Source: Gammaproteobacteria bacterium (GTDB lineage: Bacteria > Pseudomonadota > Gammaproteobacteria > SZUA-152). From it: a stretch of DNA of 64,000 nucleotides. Under the pieces are notes generated by a model, which searched no databases, was not told the DNA's origin, and worked only from the letters and a program-made list of their open reading frames with translations. Positions 56,883 through 64,000 of this stretch are shown here, piece by piece (positions within the stretch are counted from its first letter, which is position 1; every line of letters begins with the position of its first letter). Position numbers and translations under genes: made by a program. The stretch is from positions 14,443 to 78,442 of the forward strand of contig JAKISS010000002.1 in assembly GCA_021648485.1 (NCBI GenBank), written 5' to 3'.

Positions 56883-57057
56883 CCTAAATTAATCAGTTAA
56901 ACCGTAGCGAGAGCGACTAAGGTGCGGAAGATAAAGCGTTTTTCAGGTTATTTTGGACGAAAGCGTATCACCCATACGGTGAGTTCAACATGTTCTGAAA
57001 AACATTTTAGATTCTGTGCATTAGGTGTTCGCAGTAGGTTTAACTGATTAATTTAGG
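56883..57057. mobile_element. MITE family 1, full copy B (175 bp)
   Basis: Same TIRs as copy A. The 5-bp direct repeat attat flanks it (56878-56882 and 57058-57062). Confidence 0.85.
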
Positions 57058-57058
57058 A

Positions 57059-58354
57059 TTATCTTTTGTCAATCGATACATAATCCCGCTTCTCTGCCCC
57101 CACATACAATTGTCGTGGCCGACCAATGCGCTGATTTTCCTCGCCGATCATTTCCATCCACTGGGCTACCCAGCCGACGGTGCGGGCAATGGCAAACATT
57201 ACCGTAAACATGTTGCCGGGAATGCCCAGTGCCCGATAAATAAGTCCCGAGTAAAAATCCACATTGGGGTAAAGCTTGCGCACAACAAAATAATCATCAT
57301 TCAGGGCAATTTCTTCAAGCCGCAGCGCCAGTTTAAACATAGGATCATTGTTGTCTCCCAGCTTATCCAGCACTTCGTGGCACATATCGCGAATGATGCG
57401 TGCGCGAGGGTCATAATTTTTGTAGACCCGATGACCGAAGCCCATTAAACGAAAAGGATCATTTTTGTCTTTGGCTCGCGCCAAAAACTCGGGAATATTT
57501 TTCACATCACCGATCTCGGCCAACATATTAAGCACCGCCTCATTGGCTCCGCCATGAGCCGGCCCCCACAGGGCAGCGATACCGGAGGCGATACAGGCGA
57601 AAGGATTGGCCTGGGAACTGCCCGCCAGGCGCACTGTGGAGGTACTGGCATTTTGCTCGTGGTCAATGTGCAGAATAAAAATCAGATCCAGCGCACGTTC
57701 AGCCACGGGATCCACCACATATTCCTCGCAAGGCACGGAAAACATCATCTTCAAGAGGTTGCCGGTGTAACTCAGACTGTTGTCCGGGTAGACCTGGGGC
57801 TCACCGATGGTGTGTTTAAAGCTGGCTGCGGCAATGCTGGGCATTTTGGCGATCATGCGATGGGCAGCAATCTCCCGGTGATGTGGATCAGTAATATCAG
57901 TGGAGTCATTATAAAATGCCGACAACGAACCGACTACGCCCACCATGATCGCCATGGGATGGGCATCGTGATAAAAGCCGCGAAAAAAACTTTTCAGGCT
58001 TTCATTGAGCATACTGTGATGATTGATAATACCGCTGAATTCATCAAGCTGTGCGGTGTTGGGTAATTCACCATTGAGCATCATGTAAGTGACTTCAAGA
58101 AAACTGCTTTGTGCGGCCAGTTGCTCGATGGGATAACCGCGATATTGCAATATACCCTGCTCACCATCGATGTAGGTAATGGCACTCTGACAACTGGCCG
58201 TCGCCAGAAACCCCGGGTCATAAGTGAAGTATCCCAGTTCACGGTAAAAACTGCCGATATCGACCACGGATGGTCCCTGTGTAGGGTGTTTGATGGGCAA
58301 TTCGATCTGGCGGCCACTGACACTATCGACTACGGTTACGGTATCCTTTTTCAT
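57059..58354 (-). CDS. gltA: Type II citrate synthase
   Basis: 431 aa; [14 protein letters not shown] and other typical citrate synthase motifs. Confidence 0.95.
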   Translation of the reverse strand: MKKDTVTVVDSVSGRQIELPIKHPTQGPSVVDIGSFYRELGYFTYDPGFLATASCQSAITYIDGEQGILQYRGYPIEQLAAQSSFLEVTYMMLNGELPNTAQLDEFSGIINHHSMLNESLKSFFRGFYHDAHPMAIMVGVVGSLSAFYNDSTDITDPHHREIAAHRMIAKMPSIAAASFKHTIGEPQVYPDNSLSYTGNLLKMMFSVPCEEYVVDPVAERALDLIFILHIDHEQNASTSTVRLAGSSQANPFACIASGIAALWGPAHGGANEAVLNMLAEIGDVKNIPEFLARAKDKNDPFRLMGFGHRVYKNYDPRARIIRDMCHEVLDKLGDNNDPMFKLALRLEEIALNDDYFVVRKLYPNVDFYSGLIYRALGIPGNMFTVMFAIARTVGWVAQWMEMIGEENQRIGRPRQLYVGAEKRDYVSIDKR

Positions 58355-58829
58355 TTCATTGACTCCTCTTGAAAACCGTCATGGCCAATTAACATCCGCA
58401 TTGTGGCCACACTGGTTTCATATCAATATACCCATGTGGGCTCCTCCATACATAAACTCCATCACCTTTATGGAGATTATAGCCAACCGTATAACCTAAT
58501 ATACGCGCTTTTCCCCGACACCATCCTGTTTTAATACTCACAATATTTATCCGCATCCAGCACGGAGCATCCTCTGTTCTTTCTGCAATGACAAATTCAT
58601 AATCCAGAAAAATCAGCCGCTTGTGTATACAAGCCTAGAACATATGCCTGACTATCAAGTCAAGAATGCAAAAATAGATGAGGTCTATCCGTCATGTGCA
58701 TTCTTGAATATTGTTATGCATTGAATTGATATAGGGATTGAACTTGCTGGGCCGCTAACGTTTCCTTCACAGATTAAGCACCAATGGAGATTGCTTTTAA
58801 CTTACTTAATTGGTTAGACTGCGCTGGAT

Positions 58830-59270
58830 ATGAGTTCTTTTCGCCAGATAGACAGACGGACATTGCTATTGTGGGCATTATTGCTCTCATTGGCGTTGCT
58901 GTGCGCGCAGGGCACTAAGCTGCACGTTCATAATTTGGATCACGGACACAATAATCACCTCATCAATGATCACACCCATGATGCTATTGATAAAGCGGCC
59001 AATCACAGCTATTTGAGCAAAGCACATTTCACTCACGACACATCCCACGACCACCATGGCAGTGTAGTATCCGAGGTCGATATCAGTCCTGATGGGGTAT
59101 TGAAAAACACCAATAACAGCGTTTTTTCGATAGCGCTATTCGCTCTCTTTTTTACCTTGATAACATTTATTTCCTCAAGACAGCTCGTCCAGCGCTGCCG
59201 GGAAAGTAAACTCACCCTTCATAGCGACTATCTTCTTTCTCCGCCTTTACGGGCACCACCACAGCACTAA
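58830..59270 (+). CDS. His-rich membrane/periplasmic protein upstream of czcCBA
   Basis: N-terminal hydrophobic segment. A His-dense region with 17 His in about 50 aa (HVHNLDHGHNNHLINDHTHD...HFTHDTSHDHHG). A second hydrophobic segment. C-terminal SPPLRAPPQH. Confidence 0.55.
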   Translation: MSSFRQIDRRTLLLWALLLSLALLCAQGTKLHVHNLDHGHNNHLINDHTHDAIDKAANHSYLSKAHFTHDTSHDHHGSVVSEVDISPDGVLKNTNNSVFSIALFALFFTLITFISSRQLVQRCRESKLTLHSDYLLSPPLRAPPQH

Positions 59271-59518
59271 ACCTTTCTGAGAACGCCTGTCGCACCTTAG
59301 CGTCGAGATTTCTATGTAGATTGGTTTGCTATGCCACTTTTAGCTGACCGTCATCCATCGAATTATCTGTCTCAGAAGAGTTCCCTCTATACATTTTTTT
59401 GATTTCGCCCCTTTGCAGGACGATGTGCGGCATCATTTGTGTAGAGCCGAAATCCAGCACCATTTAAAAAACAAGTCGTCACAACTGCTTTTTGGCAGGT
59501 GTACGAAAGGAGTTTGTA

Positions 59519-60826
59519 ATGCGGGTACCTTTTTTTATGCCGAGACAAACGGCTACGCGATTGGCTCTGTTTGGCTTGGCATTACTGAGTGCAATCGCGG
59601 CTATGAACAGTGCTATTGCCTCTGTTTTAAAAGCTGACACGCGTACGATCAGTTTGCATGAAGCCGTTATCAAAACTATTGAGCACAACCCTGAGCTACG
59701 GGCTTTTAATTATCAATTGAAGGCCCAACAAGGGCGAATACAACAGGCGGGGTTGGCCCCCAGCCCTGAATTGGGTTTCCAGCTGGAAGATGTTTTCGGC
59801 GCGGGTAATAACAGAGGTATGAATAGCGCACAGGCAACGCTTAGCATTGGCTGGGTCATTGAACGTGGTATCCGTCAGCGTTATGTTGATGCAGCGCGCG
59901 CCGGATCATCTTTAATTGAAGCAGAGGCAAACCAGCGACAGCTGGACGCAGCGGCTGAAACAGCACGCCGTTATCTTACCAGCCTGGCATACCAGGCGCG
60001 TAAGGTAACCGCGAACAAAACAGTTCAACTGGCCGTCGATACGATTAAATCGGTATCCAAACGTGTCAAAGCAGGTAAAACACCTGAGGCAGAACTCTCC
60101 AGGGCACAAGCAGAGCTGGCACGCAGAAAACTGGAGCGCGAGGAGATTGATCATGAACTGCTATCGGCGAATCGCCGACTGGCCGCCCAATGGGGCGAGA
60201 CCACACCAACATTTTCACACGTTGAAGGCGACATTACCCGCCTTCCCCAAGTGGCCTCCTTTGAAACACTCAAATCTCAACTGCCAAAAAACCCTGAGTT
60301 CACTCGGCTATTGTCAAATCAGCTTTTAAAAAAGGCGGAATTAAAGCTTGCACTGGCACAAGAGAAACCTGCCTGGCGTGTCAACGCAGGGGTTCGTCAC
60401 TTTAACAGCAGCAATGACCAAGCCCTGGTTGCAGGCTTTCGTCTTCCTTTTGGTGAACGTACCCGCAATCCGGGGCGTATAGCGACAGCGCGTGCCAATC
60501 TGGCACAAACAAATGGTGATGAACAGGCTGCCCGCATTCGTATCGAGACAGCGCTTTACGTCATGCATGAAAAGCTACAACACAGTCTGCATGTTATCGA
60601 GACGGTACGTAGCGAGATTGTCCCGCCGCTTGAGCAGGCACTCATAGAAACCCGCCGGGCCTATAACCTTGGTCGCTACAGCTATCTGGAACTGCGTAGC
60701 GTCCAGGCGGAACTGCTGGACGCACACAATGCGTTGGTTGAAGCCAGCGCGGATGCTCACCGCAACATCATTGAAATTGAACGATTGACCGGCGTGCGCA
60801 TCGCGCAACCGAAGACAAACTCATGA
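59519..60826 (+). CDS. czcC: Heavy-metal efflux outer-membrane factor
   Basis: Start ATG 59519 with AAAGGAG upstream. Signal peptide. TolC-like coiled-coil repeats. ATGA overlap with the next gene. Confidence 0.8.
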   Translation: MRVPFFMPRQTATRLALFGLALLSAIAAMNSAIASVLKADTRTISLHEAVIKTIEHNPELRAFNYQLKAQQGRIQQAGLAPSPELGFQLEDVFGAGNNRGMNSAQATLSIGWVIERGIRQRYVDAARAGSSLIEAEANQRQLDAAAETARRYLTSLAYQARKVTANKTVQLAVDTIKSVSKRVKAGKTPEAELSRAQAELARRKLEREEIDHELLSANRRLAAQWGETTPTFSHVEGDITRLPQVASFETLKSQLPKNPEFTRLLSNQLLKKAELKLALAQEKPAWRVNAGVRHFNSSNDQALVAGFRLPFGERTRNPGRIATARANLAQTNGDEQAARIRIETALYVMHEKLQHSLHVIETVRSEIVPPLEQALIETRRAYNLGRYSYLELRSVQAELLDAHNALVEASADAHRNIIEIERLTGVRIAQPKTNS

Positions 60827-62163
60827 GGCCTCAAATGAAAAATATAATGGAATACGCTTTCGCACATCCCTGTGCCTCGCTGCATAAAGCCACCCGTGAC
60901 CCGAATCTCTCATATCGAATTTTGCTACCGTTGCTATTAACCACATTTCTGAGCGCTTGTGGTGGTACAAATTCAGAACAATCGATGTCGAGCAAAGATG
61001 GTTATGGTGAAACGGCTTTGTCGGAACAAGAATCAGAACCAGAAAAAGGCCCGCATCGAGGACGATTATTAAAAGATGGCGATTTCACCCTTGAACTGGC
61101 TATTTTTGAAACGGGTGTACCGCCAGAATTTCGCGCCTGGGCGACAAAAAGCGGGCAACCTCTCAGTCCTGATGAAGTGAATCTCAATATCAAGTTAAGC
61201 CGTCTGGGCGGCAAGGTGGATGACATTAACTTTGCACCACAAGGTGATGCGTTACGTGGTGATACGGTTATCTACGAACCGCACTCATTTGTCGTCACCA
61301 TTAATGCCACACATAACGGTGTGGTCCATACCTGGGAATACGATAATTTTGAAGGGCGCACAAAAATAGACACCGCAGTTGCCGAAGCCCTGGAAATTGG
61401 CACCTCGGTTGCCGGTGCTGTTGTCATGCAAAAAACCATCAGCGTGTATGGTCAGGTTACAGCAAACAGCGAACGTGTGCGCAATATCACTGCCCGTTTT
61501 GATGGCACGATTAAAACTGTTTCCGCCTCACAAGGTGATAAAATCCGCAAAGGCCAGACACTGGCCACCGTTGAAAGCAATGAAAGTTTGCAGCTATTTA
61601 CCATCACATCACCGATCAGTGGTGTGATCACCCAACGTAATGCCAATGTAGGTGAGCAAACAGCCGGCCGTCAACTCTTCACGATCCTGGACAATCGTAC
61701 AGTGTGGGCAGAGCTGTCCGTTTTCCCCATCGATCTGGCCCACGTAAAAACAGGTGCGCCGGTCACCATTATCGACACCACCAGCGGCTATCAAACCAAG
61801 GGTAACGTCTCTCGAATTAATCCGCTGGCAGAGGCTGATCAATCCGTCAAAGTCCGTGTGGTACTGGATAACAAAAAGGGCCAGTTGCGCCCCGGCCGTC
61901 ACATCAGCGCCAATATAACCGTGGGGGAACATACAGCAACGCTAGCCGTAAAACGATCCGGCTTGCAAGCCTTTAGGGATTTCACGGTGGTATACGCACA
62001 AATCGGTGAAGAGTACGAAGTGCGGATGCTTGATCTAGGTCTGCAAGCCGGTGAATGGGCCGAAGTGCTGGGTGGGCTGGAACCCGGTAGCCGTTATGTG
62101 AGTGAAAACAGCTACGTCATCAAAGCCGACATTGAAAAGTCCGGCGCATCTCACGACCATTAA
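60823..62163 (+). CDS. czcB: Heavy-metal efflux membrane fusion (periplasmic adaptor) protein
   Basis: Lipobox FLSAC. RND-MFP barrel-sandwich region (TSPISGVITQRNANVGE). Confidence 0.8.
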   Translation: MRPQMKNIMEYAFAHPCASLHKATRDPNLSYRILLPLLLTTFLSACGGTNSEQSMSSKDGYGETALSEQESEPEKGPHRGRLLKDGDFTLELAIFETGVPPEFRAWATKSGQPLSPDEVNLNIKLSRLGGKVDDINFAPQGDALRGDTVIYEPHSFVVTINATHNGVVHTWEYDNFEGRTKIDTAVAEALEIGTSVAGAVVMQKTISVYGQVTANSERVRNITARFDGTIKTVSASQGDKIRKGQTLATVESNESLQLFTITSPISGVITQRNANVGEQTAGRQLFTILDNRTVWAELSVFPIDLAHVKTGAPVTIIDTTSGYQTKGNVSRINPLAEADQSVKVRVVLDNKKGQLRPGRHISANITVGEHTATLAVKRSGLQAFRDFTVVYAQIGEEYEVRMLDLGLQAGEWAEVLGGLEPGSRYVSENSYVIKADIEKSGASHDH

Positions 62164-62175
62164 AGGCGACTTATC

Positions 62176-64000
62176 ATGTTAGAAGCAATTATCAAGTTTG
62201 CACTCGCCCGGCGAGGCTTAATCATGGCGCTCGTCCTGATGGTGATGGGGCTGGGCGTATGGAAATTCACCCAGCTCCCCATTGATGCGGTACCCGATAT
62301 TACTAATGTACAAGTGGTCATCAATACGGAAGCTCCGGGTTACACCCCGCTGGAAACAGAACAACGGGTGAGTTTCCCGGTCGAAACCGCCATGACGGGG
62401 CTGCCTGAACTCTCGTACACTCGTTCCATCTCACGTTATGGTTTGTCGCAAGTGACGGTGGTGTTTGAAGAGGGCACGGATATCTACTTTGCCCGACAGT
62501 TAGTCAGTGAACGCCTGACCACGGCAAAGGGTGATCTCCCTCCTTTGTTAGAACCCACCCTCGGCCCGATTGCTACCGGACTGGGTGAGATTTTTATGTT
62601 CACCGTTGATGCGCAGCCAGGTGCAAAAAACAACGATGGCAGCCTGATCACACCAATGGATCTTCGCTCAGCCCACGACTGGATTATTCGCCCGCAGTTA
62701 ATGCGCGTTGCCGGTGTAGCAGAAATCAATCCTATTGGTGGTTTCAAGAAAGAGATATTGATCGCCCCTGAACCGGCCAGGTTACTGGCTTACCAAATGG
62801 GCTACGACGAAATTGTTAAGGCGATACAAGATAACAATAACAACCGGGGCGTGGGCTTCATCGAGCACAACGGCGCACAGTGGTTGATGCGTGTACCCGG
62901 TCAGGCCAGCACGTTAGCCGATCTGGGCAATATTGTGATTCGCCAACATCAAGGCATTCCTGTGCGAATTAAAGATGTTGCCAGCGTGAGCCTGGGTAAG
63001 GAGCTGCGCTCGGGGGCTGCAACCCAAAATGGCCGTGAAGTGGTGATGAGCACGGTCTTTATGTTGATAGGTGAAAACAGCCGTACCGTTGCCAATGATG
63101 TTGCCATTAAATTAGAAGAGATTAAAAGCAGCCTGCCGGATGGCATTACCGTTACTGCGGTATACAACCGAATGACGTTAGTCGATAAAACGTTAGAGAC
63201 GGTACAGAAAAACCTGTTGGAAGGTGCGTTGCTGGTGATCGTGGTTTTGTTTCTATTTTTAGGGAATATTCGCGCCGCCCTTTTAACGGCTGCGGTGATT
63301 CCGGTTGCCATGTTAATGACCATCACTGGCATGGTACAGACAAGAACCAGCGCTAATCTGATGAGTTTAGGTGCGCTGGATTTTGGCTTGATTATCGATG
63401 GTGCAGTGATCATTGTCGAAAACTGCATGCGTCGTTTGAGTCAAAACCATCGTAAAGACGGGCTGCCGCTTAATGAACGTTTAGCCATTGTTTTTGAGGC
63501 CACTCGTGAAGTGATTCGACCCGCACTGTTTGGGGTGTTTATTATTACCGCTGTCTATATTCCTATATTTGCACTGAGTGGTGTTGAAGGAAAGATGTTT
63601 CATCCGATGGCGATCACGGTCATCATCGCTTTGGTCAGCGCGATGATTCTCTCCATCACCTTTATTCCGGCCGGTGTTGCGCTGCTGTTTAAGAAACCGA
63701 TCAAAGAGAAAAAAAGCCGCGTCGTACAAACAACACTTTCAATCTACAGGCCCATCTTATCGCTCTCCCTGAGGTTTAGATGGACAGTGGTGACATTGGC
63801 GCTGGCGCTGGTTGTCGGTTCCACGTTATTGATTCCCAAACTCGGTTCAGAGTTCGTACCTAACCTGGATGAAGGTGACATTGCCATGCATGCTTTACGC
63901 ATTCCCGGCACTTCACTCACTGAAGCGATCCATCTACAAAAAATTCTGGAAGCAGAGATAAAAACACTGCCGGAAGTTGAGCGGATATTTTCCAAAATTG
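62176..64000 (+). CDS. czcA: Heavy-metal efflux RND pump CzcA family; N-terminal ~608 codons, continues past window end
   Basis: Absent from the ORF track because there is no stop in the window. My translation MLEAIIKFALARRGLIMALV...LPIDAVPDITNVQVVINTEAPGYTPLETEQRVSFP...SRYGLSQVTVVFEEGTDIYFARQLV...SLGALDFGLIIDGAVIIVEN closely follows CzcA as I remember it. Confidence 0.9.
   Translation, partial: MLEAIIKFALARRGLIMALVLMVMGLGVWKFTQLPIDAVPDITNVQVVINTEAPGYTPLETEQRVSFPVETAMTGLPELSYTRSISRYGLSQVTVVFEEGTDIYFARQLVSERLTTAKGDLPPLLEPTLGPIATGLGEIFMFTVDAQPGAKNNDGSLITPMDLRSAHDWIIRPQLMRVAGVAEINPIGGFKKEILIAPEPARLLAYQMGYDEIVKAIQDNNNNRGVGFIEHNGAQWLMRVPGQASTLADLGNIVIRQHQGIPVRIKDVASVSLGKELRSGAATQNGREVVMSTVFMLIGENSRTVANDVAIKLEEIKSSLPDGITVTAVYNRMTLVDKTLETVQKNLLEGALLVIVVLFLFLGNIRAALLTAAVIPVAMLMTITGMVQTRTSANLMSLGALDFGLIIDGAVIIVENCMRRLSQNHRKDGLPLNERLAIVFEATREVIRPALFGVFIITAVYIPIFALSGVEGKMFHPMAITVIIALVSAMILSITFIPAGVALLFKKPIKEKKSRVVQTTLSIYRPILSLSLRFRWTVVTLALALVVGSTLLIPKLGSEFVPNLDEGDIAMHALRIPGTSLTEAIHLQKILEAEIKTLPEVERIFSKI

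Overview
This is a 64-kb chromosomal window with gammaproteobacterial gene content. The local order dsbA - cytochrome c4 - cytochrome c - engB - polA matches the arrangement I know from Pseudomonas-type genomes; the exact taxon cannot be determined from the sequence alone. I support about 47 protein genes. Most are housekeeping or envelope functions: polA, uvrD, gltA, nadC, msrA, tmcA, trmO, engB, serB, slyD, a TRAP transporter, and arsM. Two large genes run off the window edges, so the ORF track does not list them. One is an AT-less (trans-AT-type) modular PKS at 1..4153 (-). The other is czcA at 62176..64000 (+). The PKS sits in a visibly AT-richer island (1..~6700). A FAAL-like gene precedes it that is truncated at the hinge, has a degenerate P-loop, and lies in the same frame as the PKS, separated only by TGA plus 9 nt. 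I consider this the most interesting locus. The window is also full of small non-autonomous repeats. These include a 175-bp MITE with 5-bp target duplications (two full copies plus remnants), and a 207-bp MITE inserted at a TA inside a CTAG shared by two convergent stop codons. They also include a ~300-bp TIR element in the cfa leader, and REP-like hairpins. Other notable items are a ~0.42-kb segmental duplication scar between dsbA and cc4, and a structured sRNA candidate in the Spot42/ErsA position between polA and engB. A cluster of four perfect DnaA boxes within 212 bp also stands out. I found no rRNA, tRNA, CRISPR array or intact transposase. All family calls rest on motifs I read by eye, with no database search.
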